Assembly (NCBI GenBank): GCA_964304625.1 | Contig: OZ199839.1 | Location: 11,763,708 to 11,822,278 of the forward strand | Source of the DNA: Kudoa neothunni | Lineage: Eukaryota > Animalia > Cnidaria | Direction of reading: 5' to 3' | Length of the DNA: 58,571 nucleotides | In this document: piece by piece, positions 38,809-52,678 of the stretch | Numbering within the stretch: the first letter of the stretch is position 1 | How the letters are laid out: every line of letters starts with the position of its first letter | Notes under the pieces: model-generated | Databases searched by the model: none | What the model was told of the DNA's origin: nothing | The model's input: only the letters and a program-made list of their open reading frames with translations | Translations under genes and position numbers: made by a program

Positions 38809-40865
38809 TACAACAAATATCAAGTGAACTTTGAAAAACTATGTCTTATTTTATATATAAACCTTTGGCCGATAGAAAGTAGATTTCATTTTCAGATAGA
38901 AACGCACCTAATATAGGAATTTAAGAATTTTCAAAATATATTACTAAAAATACATCAATGTAGAAACAAATTAGTCAATTAGGGGTCTTGAAATACCCCA
39001 GTCAGTATCGGTAGGGTTAAGGAATCCAAGGACTGTTAGATCAGAACCCATAAGTCCTCTAACTGTCCATATTTTAGAGAGAAATTTTAATCCTATAAAA
39101 TTAATAAACAATCATGTATGATTATCTATGCTTTGTAACTATCGTCGATTTCGCGATCATCTATCGATTGGCCACTGCGTATTATACAAGTCTTCAAACT
39201 TGTCACTAGTAGGTAACTCGGATGAGGATGCTTCCGATTATTCATTCACCTGTCTCTTTACTTGCTTGATGTTTGATATCTGATGTTTATATGAGAAAAT
39301 TATATTAATAAACACAATTTCTTCGTTTATTCGGATGATTATTTCATACGTTATTATCGTATTTCTAATTATTCCCGTTGGTTTCACTTTTTACTTAATG
39401 CTAATTTCATCTTTTCAAATGATCATTTTATACGAATGTTTAATATTTTTTCTACTCCTATAACATTATTATCTCCAATATAGCTTCAAATCTTAATAGC
39501 AATTATTGAACTAAGGTAAAATTTACTGCAATATTCTGCTGAAGTTGACATATGTTGGTTTGTATAGATTTATGCATATACGAGTGCTTTGAATAAGGTT
39601 TGAATTTTTCTCGTAAAATTTCTTGAACTTATGCATTGACTAAATTTAGCATTATTATTAGTTGGAAAATTATATAGAATATAATCGCAGCCAGAAAATG
39701 TCTTTTTAAAAGAAAATAAATATTAATGTTTCTCACAAAAGATATAAATGCAAAAACGATAAATTGTTAACTTTATCAAGAAAATCTTAATAAAATCTAA
39801 AACCACCAATTTCATATAAAATTATTTATTTTAATTGAAATTTCATTGTAAAAAGTTTATTTACAATCACTGTTGCAAGCCAACCCCATTAACAATGGCT
39901 AACATGTTCTTAATTAACTTATCGTATATATCGATACTTTTTGTTATATGCACTCTAAACACTGTGAATTGAAAATCACTTAAATATGAATTTATTTAAA
40001 CAAAATATTAAACTATGATTGCATATTTGGTCGATTTGTTTGTAGAAGCCAGCTAAATTGTTTTCTTTTTAAAATTTAATTAGTCGTAACTTGATTATTA
40101 TTTGTATTTAAAAAATTAAAAGTTTTGGTGTAAGCGTTATTATGAAGGATATCCCCTTCCGTTGAAATAGCCAGTCCTCACATGGGGATTAAACAGATCC
40201 GTCGCTATAACCAATGCCTATTTTTAATCCTAAAGTTCATCCACACTTACGCAGTTCCCATTTTGAATCCCTGAAAATCCTATTTATAGTCGATTCATCA
40301 AGTTTATTTTTTAAAGTCGGCCGTATTTAATTATTCGTGATCATTAGATGCCTGTACTAGTGACAAAAAATAATTGAATACAATAAATATTACATTCACC
40401 TAGATATTATTATCAAGTACATTATCTACTTCCTTATTTGAAAGGATTAATATATTTTTTTGTTGTTTTTGTATGATTATCCATAATAAATATATCCATT
40501 CTGGGGTGAAACTGCATATTTTGTATTAATATTTAGTATTTTAATTAAACTAAAACGGTTGCCAATATGACGACAATTTAGAAAACTATGAGTTTAATCT
40601 GTTCAGCAAAAAATTACATAAAGAGACTAACACATTTATTATAATTTAAATTAATCAATTTCTAGACACGCGGGGGTCTTCGCGTTTGTATATTTATAAA
40701 AATATAATTAAACATATCATTTTAAATTAAAAAATTGAAATGAATGTAGTTAATTATTAACGCTTTATGCTTTATAGGATAAAATTGATTTCAAAAAGTT
40801 TATTAAAAAAATGGGACTGGTGCCTTAATTTAAATTCAACATGATATTTCTAAACTATACTTTAG

Positions 40866-41143
40866 GTCATACCAAACACGACTATGTTCTCACAAAAGCA
40901 AATGACTCAGTGTATTACAAACGTATTTTAAAACTAAAAAATGCTGCTTCACTAAATCAGAAGTGGTATTTACGAAAAAACGGAGTTATGACTGAAGTGA
41001 CTCAAAAAATTGGCCAAATTAATAGCGGTCCAGTGATATACAAATCTCTGAATCCTGAAATCGGGCAGGAGTACAAATTGGCTGTTGATGTGGGACCTGA
41101 CGATGCAAAATTATTAATTTACTACTATCCTGAAAAGAATTTA
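40866..41143 (+). CDS. Isolated ~92-codon exon (phase 1 in, phase 0 out), beta-rich module
   Basis: Acceptor tttag|gt cat acc at 40865, open frame HTKHDYVLTK...YYYPEKNL, donor |gtatgt at 41144. No convincing start exon of its own. Confidence 0.6.
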
Positions 41144-41438
41144 GTATGTTATGAATTTTATTAATCAATCTTTCCATAGTACTTAAAAAAAGGATGCCAA
41201 TATTCATTAATTATTTTTAACATTCTAAATAACTTGATAAGTTACACCACCCAAATAAAATTGGAATGTATTTCGATCCCACATTTTTTTAATATTTGCA
41301 TAGTAAATATAAATTAAACTTTTTATACAAATTTTAAGCGACATCCATTGACAAAGAATTCTAAAAGAGCGAAATAAAATTGCTAATATCGCATCGCGCG
41401 ATTAATTGGAGAATTCAAGTTTGGATGATTTAATTATA

Positions 41439-42356
41439 CAGTAGGTAACCAATTTCGCGCACTTTTTTAAAACCTATTTAGTTAGAATATTGATTGGTCA
41501 TTGTTTATATAATATGTTTCTTATAATATTTGAATCAAAATTGTTATAAAAATTATTTTAAAAAGTTGCTAAATAACGTAACTAACGGTCACGTGATTAA
41601 CCAATTTAACACACTTTTTTCGGGTACTTCTTGTTTATTATTTAGTTAAATCAATATTTAATGCCATAAAACTGCCAATGTATTATATTTTAAAATATCT
41701 ATTATCTCGACTCCTAATGGCATCCTAGAGATGAAAAATAAAATAATAAAAACCTATAAATGTTTGTAGAATCTAAAAATAGAAATCATTTGCATGCAAG
41801 ACAATTTAATTCTGTTGATGAAAATGTATGAGTGGATTGGGTGTACACGAAGCAGAAATATTGTAGTAAGCGAGGTCACGATAATCATCAAGAGAAATCA
41901 ATTGATCAAAGAAAAAGGTTTACCTTCGTGTGAAATTCGTGGTAGGTTTCGCTCTTTTATAAAAAGTTCCAACATTAAAAATTCAAATTTTATTAGCTAA
42001 TCTACTGTTGCTACATCTGAAACTACTTCGTTATAGACCAATTAAATCAGAACATTTTTAAAAGATACTCTGAAAATTATATTTACAATGTAGACGAAAC
42101 TGCCTTATTCTACCGATAGCAACAAGAAGAGTATTTCATAGATCGTTGAAAAATATTTTTGTGTTGTTAACACGTTTCTCGAGTTTTAAATATCGTTTAA
42201 AAATTAATTAGCCTTTATAAACGCAATTTAACTATTATTAAATGTCAATTTTTTCTGAAATGACTGCGCACGCGAGTGCGTGAAATTGGACGTGGCCGGT
42301 TTTACGTACTTTTTTTCTTGGTCCCGAGGGGATTACGTGAAATTGGTTCCTTACTG
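41439..42356 (+). mobile_element. pogo/Tigger-like internally deleted element
   Basis: TA|cagtaggtaaccaatttcgcg ... cgtgaaattggttccttactg|TA; the pogo catalytic motif IYNVDETALFY lies at ~42081-42113. Confidence 0.82.
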
Positions 42357-43389
42357 TATATGATTGTTTATTCAATGTTTTACGGATTAAATTTCCTTAA
42401 ACTTAAAATATCAATTTTATTTTTAACAATTTTACCAAAAGAAACCTGGGGTCGATTTATACTCCATTTTTATTTAGGTGTTTTTGATTTAAGTTGTTTT
42501 CTTTTTGAAAATACGAATACTTTATTATAATTTTATAAAGATCTCTATAATTTGGAAGATTACATGAAGTCAAAATCAGACTAACCTAAATATTTATGTT
42601 TAAAAAATGACCCTATAACATGTGTGGGGTCGAAATACACCCTATTTTGTTTAGAACGTCAAATGAATTTATCATTAATGGATTAATAAATAATGTACTT
42701 TTTGAAGTCACTTATTAAAATTAAAAAATATCATTTTGAAATAAGAACAAAAATGAATTCATTTACTTTCGATCAGGAAATTTAATTTATTCATAATATG
42801 CATATTAATTATCATAAATAAAAAAATGTTTTGAGATTAATATTAAATCATGATGATGTTTATTAAATTATATATATATATATATATAATTTGAAATTAT
42901 TCCAAAAAGGATGTCATATATTAGCATCAAAAAATAATCATTCTACTCTGCTTATAAAAATATATATTTTTTCTAAAGTTCTATAATATAAAAAATAATA
43001 TCAAATATGAACGAATCCCGTAATCTGCTAACAAGAAGAATATAAATAAAAAAGAATATTTTGAACTAAATCTGTGAATAAATAATTAGTCAACTACAGT
43101 AAACTCTCGATATTGCGTAACTTTTTTGAATGATGGATAAGTTATGATTTGGCAAGGAATTACTTAATAACGAGACTTTAGAGTGATTTATATTCCATAT
43201 ATATGTATATATAGAAATTCTTAATAAAAATATGTTTTACATTTTTAATTTCTAGAATTAGATAATATACAAATTGTATTAACTTTTCATTAATCGGGAA
43301 GAATAATTCTTGTATTGTTTTCATTAAATTTTTGACAAAATTTTATGGCAGTTGTTTACACAGAAAACTATTTATTTATGTATTTTTAA

Positions 43390-45045
43390 GGAAATGGTTA
43401 TCCTTACGAGACCGTATAATTCCTTATCGGTATAGTCTATTCTTAAGACAGTGGATATCTTTTTTCTGTTTTAGATATTTCAAATCAAAATTTAACAACG
43501 TGTGATTACATTTGTTTCCTATTAGAATTTGTTGGTTTTACAAATTATTACTATAATCCAACTAATTCAAAGTTTTGGGCATTATTCCTTCTTTCGATCA
43601 TTTACTAAGACCAAAAATCATTTATTTTTCTATTCATGGCAGTTTAGACATATTTAAATCAACAGCTTTTGATAATTGTGATAATGTAACTTTATTTGCA
43701 TACTATCCCATTGGTTCACGTGTCAATGATACGGCTTCATCAGATTATTGAGGGCCTGACTAAGTCTAATTTTAAATGCATTTAGACCTACAATGTTACT
43801 TATAAGGTTGATTTTTTAAAATTAATAATATAAATTGTTGTTTAGGTTTAAAATTTTTTTCACTCATCTTAGAAAATAATCCTTCCCCTATGGTATCCAA
43901 AAAATGACGCGTGTACTGATGGGTTCCAATTTGGACCAAAGATAAAATTAATTATTAAGAAAATAACGCGATATAATTTAATGGCAATTATAAATGTAAG
44001 TTAACTAAATCTATTCCTCTTGTGTAGTTATAAACGCAGATATTACACCATGATAAACTGATCGGGTTGGACCGACGTGGTAGTCACAACACAAATTTCA
44101 GCACCAATATTTCAATCACAATCATATCTATTGAAGCCGAGAGATAATTTTATTATAAATGTATTTCGTATGTAAATATATTAATTTCAGTAAAATAATT
44201 TAAATTAAGTTGATGAATATACTGAAGAAAAATAGGCATACTAACTTAATATTAAATGACAGCAATGTATTTACCTAAGTAATTGTAAAAAAAATGAATA
44301 AATCAAACAACAACCCATAATAAATATAAAAAATACTAACTTTGAGTCATTTATAATAATTTTTATAAAGATATACCCATTAAATCATACTTCAATTCTG
44401 TGGGAGTACCGAAAGGGGGCAGATTAACTACTGTTGGGCTTCCGATTGAACATTAAAAAAAGTTTTTAATAAATATTTGATAAAAAATTAATGGATTATA
44501 AAAATTACCAAACAAAAGTTCCTGATTATGTATTATGATTTATATTTTAATGTTAAATAACATTCATTATGATTTGGGTCATATTACTCGGCTAGGACTA
44601 TTTGTTTAAACTTTTTAAACAAATTATCAATATTAGCTAAATTATGATGTAAATATCTTATAAGATTGATTAGGTTTCATGCGATTAATTCATATGAGAC
44701 ACAACGTTTACACGTGAACCAATGAGTTCATGTGTAAATAAGTTATATTATCACAATTAGCGTAAGCTTGTGGTTGAAATATGCATAAATTGTTAAAAAT
44801 GTAAAAATAACTGGTCTGTAATCGTAATAATTATTTTAAAGCAAGGGTGAATACCAAAAACTTATGAACTGGGATAACTACAACATTATTTAAAAAAACT
44901 TAAAACTTTTACAGGACAAAAATATGATCATACGTTTTTAAATTAAGACCTGAAATATTTAAACTTAGAAAAAAGATATTCATTGTCGTAAGAATAGACT
45001 ATACCGAGAAGGCATTATACGGTCTCGTGAGAATAGCCACATCCT
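43390..45045. repeat. Diverged inverted repeat pair (~43390-43810 and ~44650-45045)
   Basis: acgagaccgtataattccttatcggtatagtctattctta matches the reverse complement of taagaatagactataccgagaaggcattatacggtctcgt; cattggttcacgtgt matches the reverse complement of acacgtgaaccaatg. Roughly 70-80% identical by eye. Confidence 0.8.
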
Positions 45046-45126
45046 ATTTTTAATTTGAATGTATTATTTCTATTTAAATAATTAAGTTGTGGATAATAAG
45101 GTAATTTTTTAAACATTATTTCATAG

Positions 45127-47757
45127 GAATCTTTGGTTGAAAAAATAACTGAATATAAGGATCACATATCAACTATAAAACTGGTCCCTGTAGAAGTTGA
45201 AAATCAGCCGAAATTCATAAAATATTATGTACTTGTAAATGGAATATTCAATGAGGACGAGAAATTGAAGAGACAAGTTAGGTGTCATAAGAGCCAACTA
45301 CCCGATCAAAAAGACTGTTCAATCGATTTCCATGTTTTACCAGATCAAATAGTTAAACTTTGTTTAATTGTAAATGAAAGTATAACATCTTGCAAAATCT
45401 ACAAATCCAGTAATTAAATATTACATTTTTATTTGATGATATCTCTATCATTGAATTATTTAGAATATTACTTTCAGAATATTCAATTATTATCAATTGT
45501 TGATAATCATTACAAAATTGCAATATCATTTAATTCGAGTGTTGAAACCAAATGTTATTTTTCATTTGATTTTATCGAAGAAAGAACCATATCTTCTAAT
45601 CCGATAAATTGTGTATGTGATGAGAACAAATATGAAATCACATGCTCTAGTTACAACCCATATTTGGTTGTTGGGCGCAATAGAATGATTATGTTTGTGT
45701 TGGATAATAAGTCTGAATTTTTTGGTACTCTCAGACTTTCTGTCCCAATGCCTCTCAGTATTTTATATTATTTCAATATATTATAAGCTCATAATAGAAA
45801 CATACTGGGATAGAAATGAATACTCAGTAATTCATTTGGAAAATCAGGAAAAAGCGATAATAAAATTTAATTCATTTAACTGTGAATATGCTGTTAATGA
45901 CAATAATTTGGATAAAAATAGCGAATATGCCCCTATCATCACGGGGGAAAAAATAAACGACACTACTGCTAAAGATGCTAGTCACCGTGATTTAACTTGT
46001 CCTAATATCTCAGCATCAAATCTACAAGACAATAATAAGATACGATTAAGTTATTCGTCCAATGGAAAAAATTATTTATTTCAATTAAATAGTAACTTTA
46101 CTTGATTTTATAAAATTTTCAAAATTACATATTTAGGGTTCATTAAATTACGTCTAGTCGATTATAATGCAATAATCTTAGGGCGTAGTGCTCATTTTTT
46201 TGGAATATTAAATAATTTTTTGGATTATAAATACACGTTTAATAGTGTTCTCTACTTAACTCAATCTGAATACTTTGAAGAACAAACAATAAGTACAAAC
46301 ATTCAAGATATAAAAATTGTTTGTGAAGGTTATTATTGTTCAAGTTTTTCCTCCAAAATGACTGATGCCAATTTCCTACAATATAATATATTTTTGAAGA
46401 TTTTTAATAGAATAATTAAATTTGAAAGAAGTATTATTTTTTATTAACATAAATTCTCTCAAATTTTTTTTAATAAAATAATTTTTTAGTCCCTACTCTA
46501 ATAAGTGTTGACGTCTTTGAAGTGAGCGAAAAACAGTATATGATACGTTATGGTATTGACCAGAATCTTAAAAAAATAACCATAAATGAAAAAGTTACCG
46601 ATGAATCAAACAATGTTTGTTATAGTAGTAAGGATAAAACTATTTTATGTGACCAAAAATCTTGTGAACAAAAAATCACTATCAACGACTGTATCACTCC
46701 ATTATGGTTACATATTGATTCGGAAGATATGGTTGGTTCAAGTTCTGTTTTTAAATGTAACTGAAATTAACAATTAGGAGTGATTTTATTTTCGTTATAT
46801 TTAGTTGAAGCTTTAAGAAGGACGATCCCGTTTGAGTATATAGACGACGTGGATCATAATAACTATAAAATAATATTAAAATTAAAACAAAATGAAATGA
46901 ATAAAAACTTTATTTCAAATAGTATTACGATTGGTAACAAAAAAGTAGAAGATACGTGTTTCAGTCTTGTAAATTTGGAAAGAATGGAATTGATAATGTT
47001 GGTGATAAAAGAAAATTGTTTACTTAAGGGAGAAAGAATTCGATACAAACAACCACTTGTATTGTATCCCCCTTATAGTGACACAGGTAACAATTATCTT
47101 AACGTAATAAATATAATAAATTATTTATAGATAAGTTATATACCTATGGAAAAGCGACTATTAACGAAACGTCTATAAAATTACATATTTATCTCCCAAT
47201 TCCAACAAATTCATTAACAGTGTCGTATATGAAGGTTACAGATTTGAAGACAAATAATATTGTTTTTAAACACGTCAAAGAAATAATTGTTAATTGTTCT
47301 GGAAAGACGTGCACACACGAAATAAAAATCGAAGAAGAAACTATTTCCGATGAACTTGAAATATATTTTAGTCTTAAGGAAACTAGAAATTTAAAGTTTT
47401 TCAGAAAAAGTACAGTTTTGATATCATTGAATAAAATATATAATTTAATTAGATTCAAATCAAAATCTAAATTATGTTGATTTTTCGTATAAAGCTGATA
47501 AAATATTCGTTTACTTGGAGGGTGATACAATTGTACCTGGTGTACCGCTATTCTTAGGAGAAAAAAACAACTCAACATATGCATCATCAACTATCCAAAC
47601 CAGTGATGGAAAATATTACTTCACGTTTTCTCAGAAAACCATTTTGGATGGAACATACTTCACATTTCCTGGTAGTGACAATAGAATAACCATAAAAAAA
47701 TATGAAGGTAGCTGTCATTTAATAATCACAGTTGTTCTTAATGTTATGACAGACTGA
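45127..47757 (+). CDS. Modular protein exon cluster 2: exons 45127-45409, 45464-45757, 45798-46091, 46137-46430, 46490-46756, 46805-47086, 47131-47409, 47453-47707 (optional stop at 47755-47757)
   Basis: Seven 40-59-nt GT-AG phase-1 introns join the ORFs in frame without stops. Exons are 85-98 codons with CxxxxC motifs (CEGYYC, CDQKSC, CSGKTC). The first acceptor is phase 0 and no intact start or signal exon is adjacent. Confidence 0.85.
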
Positions 47758-48235
47758 GATATTGAGTATTTATAATTATCAAATAGAAATGTTAAGATTT
47801 ATACAATTTTATGTTATTAATGTTAAATAAATTCTAAACTAAAAATTAAACTTCTTGCATATTAGTTAACGCGACAAGATAACTCGTAGTTACGCTTTAA
47901 CCCTCCAGGTCAGTGTTGGGTCAATTGGATCCCAGCGCATACCTTAAAAGTCTAAAGCTCGAATAAGTAAATAACAAATCTTATTCGTCCAAAATTCAAT
48001 GTATTTTTGTAATCCTTTTTTCAAAATCATGAACAACTTTATTCCAGAATTAAATAACAATTACACCACGTCGTTTTGGGATCCAATGGACCCCTTGATT
48101 TCCTTTTACAAAATATAAGGAAATATTATTTTATAAGATTTATTATATTTATGAAAATTTATATCGAGTAACTATTAAAAAAATAAAGAAAAACTCTATC
48201 AGTAATCCCTGGCTGCATGCACAAAATTCGTTTAA

Positions 48236-51200
48236 GGCGGGTGCGTGCCGGGGGTAATTGCTTTGGGTAGGCAGTCCGTGCCTTGGTATTAGACATTTTC
48301 AATCAAAATTTTTATTGTTTATATTTGCATATTGGAAACTAAAAAATATCTAAATTATAAATAATTTTCAAGAAAATTAATTTGGATTTAATGTTTAAAA
48401 ATTATTGTTCAATAAAATTTTTAGTAACTTATTTACCGGGAATTGTAATTCTTAGATTGTATTTGTAGGCTAAAGATAAAATATTAAAATTATATATCGA
48501 ATTTTTCAGGATTTTGAAATGTTTACTTAAGTAAATTAATGCTTATTCGTGAGAACGCAATTAGTTTAAATTCCTCAGATTTATTTGGAATGTGGACGTC
48601 TCTTTATCAAATTAAATGGGCTACAATAACAATTTAACGATATATTTTTATATATTAACGATTTATATATCATGAAATTAATAATACTTCATTCTTAATA
48701 ATTATTATGGAGATCATATCTAGTGAACGCCATAAAACATTCTTATTTTAAATTTGCAACCCTGTCCTATGATATATAAACATCTAAATTGGGTAATGAA
48801 GAGATTACTTTTACAATATTTTAGAATCCAAACCAATAATGTTTTGATAGGCCAAAATAAAGTGGATAAATTATTGCTATATGTTAAAATTATAAAAATA
48901 TTCGAAAGTGGGTGTTTTGTATCTTTCCACTTATGAAGGAAATACATTCTTCTTTCTTTTTCTGTAGCAAAAATATCAATCACCTTTTCATATAAATTAA
49001 AAGTTGGGTCTTGTTCCATCTGGTTAAGTCTTTCTTTTTCAATCGATATTAATGCAAGGGAAGAAAACCGTTGGTTGGCCATCCATTTTCTAGTGTAGCT
49101 TTTAATTCATTTCAATGCAGAAAACGACCTTTCCACAGAAATGGTTGTTGCAGGAATCGTCAAAATTAATTGTAACAATTTGACAACTTCAGAAAATGTT
49201 TGTCCCAGTTTATTTTGGAAGATAAAATCGAGAAATTTTGTAGGGGACTTTTCATTGAATACATGAGCATTATAGATTCCAGCCAAATCAGTTTTCAGTC
49301 TTAAAATGTCAACAAATTTTCCATAATTCCTTTGCAGACTTTCAAAGGTCCTCATGTCAATTTAGTACGATAAACTGTAAAAGTTATTTCCATTGATCAA
49401 TGAAATAAACTTGAGATTTTCGACATTATTAAATCTCGTTCTGAGATTCTTTATTATATCACTGACTATTGCATCAAATAACCTCGCTCTTTCATTCTTT
49501 ATGTCATGTTGAGTGCGAAGGATGGATCTAATTAAGTTATTTTCTTGGCAATATTATTTTTCGAAATTATAATACAATAATTCAAATTTTGTGTGCATAT
49601 TCTCAAGTTTCGTTACTGTAACATTGATTCTTTCAATACAATACGCAATGTCTATCTTTTTCGTGTGCAATATATTGACGAGCGCGCCAGTTAACACGGA
49701 AATTTCATTATATATCATCAGTAAAAAGTATGTTGAGTCGTTTTTATCAAATTGTAAAGTCCACTACTTCGAAGTAAAATGTCTGAATCCCATAAAGAGG
49801 GATCGCTGTTTATATTGCAGAAAAGATTGTGAAGATCACGGTGATACTCTAATATCATCTGCACTAATTTTGAATATGAATTCCACCTCGTTGCCGCTGC
49901 TGTTTGAATGCGTCTCCGCACAATCTCAGCAAGAAATTGGACCTGTTTAGTTTAATTTTTGAAAAAAGAGGAAAGTGCTTCATTGTTCCTGAAAAAGCTC
50001 ATACAATCAGGGATAAATTTGGCCGATTGTGACAACACAATATTTAACTTAGAGGCATAACAGTGAGTAATCAGCGCGGTCGATATCTTCTGTCCAACTC
50101 TCCACTGAACTCCGTACCTATCGCCCCGTCCTACGTTTGTGCGATTAATTTCTCTTCAATGTTGTATTTATATATGTTTTTAAATACATATTCCGTTACA
50201 CCATCCGCTGTTCTGCCACGAACAGTATGAAATCCAATGAAAACATCCTTAATTTCCGATCCCAATACGTATCTTAATATTGTTGAACATTGAGATGTGC
50301 ATGAGGTATCGGTCGTCTCATCCGATTCTGTCGCAGCGAACGGAGCCAGTCCTAATTCCTTTTTAATATTATTCTCAAAAACCACCTTTATAGCCTCAAT
50401 CAGATCATTTTGAATCCTGTTGGAAATGCCAGAAAAAACAGATGAATTCTATAAATGATACGATAATTTTTCGTCAAATTTTGCGGTATAATTCGACAAC
50501 TCCAAATAATTACCACGATTTAAAGGCAGCTTGTTTTCATTATCACCGCGAAAAGTAAGTTCTTACTTAATCAAAAAGCAAATTGCGCGGATCAAAATTT
50601 TCAATATCTTTCTGTTTTCCCTAACATTTTTATCGTGAAGTTCAATCGAAATACTCTTCTGTTTATCAAGAAACAATTCTACGCGTATAGATCCAAATGT
50701 TTTCCATAAAACTTGATTTTGATAGTGTGTTGCGGATTGCTCATGCTTATTTAAAGCGATTGGTAAATTATTTAAGTTGAAATATCCCACTTTGATCCAC
50801 ACACTTTCACTAGTCACTGAAAAAGGCAAACATGGGAAGCAAAAAAGCCTTATTGTTGTAGCACACCCACATAACCCCTCTTTTTTCTCATACCACGAAT
50901 TATTAAACGTCCTGATAATTGTCTTCCCTTTCAGTTGTTTAACTTCTTTAAGACCAGGAGTCAGACTACCATTTCTTATAATTTGTAATTTATCTCCATA
51001 AGGAAGTTTTGAAAACTCTTCAAGACATACATATTTGAAGAGATGAAATAAGATTAACAGGGGTACGCGCCCTTATGACAAGTAGGACAATAATTAGTAT
51101 TAACCTTAGGTTATATTCCTAGTATAGTTGTCATATGGATTATCTTATTTCAAAGATGTGCTTTAATTAAAATAAAGAAAAAGTTGAAGGAACATAATTT

Positions 51201-51554
51201 ATTTGAATAAATAATGCACGCACAACCGGGACGTTTAAAGCAGATCACGTGACCCAGCAGTAGGCAGTATAAATTCTGTCTATGGTCGGCCAGTAAAAAC
51301 GCAATGGTGCGCAGAATGAGGCGGCACGTGATAGTCAAGAACTTTTAAGCCGAATTAATTTAGCCATTAGAAGGCAGAGTCGACTCGTGCCTATCTTGCT
51401 ACTAATTCCTCGAATTTTTTGTAGTTTTATAAGAATATTTGAATAATTATTATGGTCTTGAGATAAAAGGGATTTTATCTTTATAAAATTAATTAATTTT
51501 TCCCCCAATTTTTATGCAACAAGATAGGCACTGCCTACCCTGACGGAACGTGCC
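48236..51554 (-). mobile_element. hAT transposon, ZMYM1/Tip100-like, decayed
   Basis: TTF-type finger (GCATTIRLFCFPC..F..SVW.K.G..KHEQS..H), FRGDNE..NRGNYLEL, DETTDTS..QCSTILRYV, TRWNSYSKLV, TIPATTISVERSFSALK, R.SSLALISIEK. The subterminal motif gggtaggcagt is inverted at both ends (~48264 and ~51530). Confidence 0.88.
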
Positions 51555-52678
51555 CAGCGTTGCCAAACTTGTCTGATTTCGGACAAATCAGCCAAAATTG
51601 TCCGATTTTTATTCTTGTTCTTCGAAATATTGAGTAATCGCAAAACAATGTTTCATAGATAAGGAGTTATTGAAAATTAACAAAAAATGGAATTTAATCG
51701 TTGATGATTACATTACGAGAAATCTTCGAGTAGATAATTTTATACTTGGAACAATGCTTTATTTCATATTGAGATATCTGCAATAGAAGTTCACCAAACG
51801 CAAGATACAATTAAAAAATTTATTATTTCTTAAAGCCCACCGAACACAAAATTTGAACATAAATAAACATGCCGAAAATTTATCAAAATGAACACATTTT
51901 TAAATTTTATGCTCCTGTTAAGACCGACATTTTGGATTTTTTACCATTATTAACGGCAATACACAGTTTTATCATGACCGTGAACCATTTTGGAATTATT
52001 ACGAAGATATTTTTGTGCTTGAATTAAAAAAAAGACTCTGATATTGGTGATATTTAATGCTAAGTTATCATTACAAGTGTTTGTTATCGATTTTCAAAAA
52101 TTCTAATTTTAAGTATTACGTAAACAAATTAAAATTTAACAAAATATTATCTACTTGGCTAATTTTTCTTAATTTGAATGAATGAATAAATGAATAAATA
52201 GTCGCACATAAAAATAAAACCTCATCTAGGTATAGTTGTTATGTGTTAGTCAAAAATAGAACAAAGACTGTAATATAATTGTTTGAAATTAAAGGAATCA
52301 AATAGTCTCAAAAACAAAGTTTGTTTGATTAAATTATTAACAATCGTCTTTTTGGCCATTGTTTATCCGCAAATAAATTTTAATTCTATCGGAAAATACA
52401 GCACATCTTTACTTGCTCTAGCTCTGATTAACGCTTCTCCTTAGAAAACATGTTCTCTTCTGGAATTATTGAAAATATCAGCGGAAATAGAATGTTGTGT
52501 TCTACATTAGATAATCTTGTTCGAATGAGGAAATTTTACAACACATCGACCAAATTATGTCATAAATTTGAAGTTTCTGAGTTAATTATAAATTAAAGTA
52601 ATATTTATAAATATAATAAAATATTGGATCCGTTTTTACAAATAATTATGATTTGTCCGATTTGGGGTGGCCATGATG
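51555..52678. mobile_element. Small decayed TIR element (hAT-like)
   Basis: cagcgttgcc...tcggacaaatc at the left and gatttgtccga...tggccatgatg at the right. No intact ORF. Confidence 0.4.

Noticed and set aside
45059-45100. ATG at 45059 as the start exon of cluster 2
   Set aside because: In-frame TAA at 45083-45085 and no signal peptide. A 14-nt micro-exon (45087-45100) is possible but unsupported.
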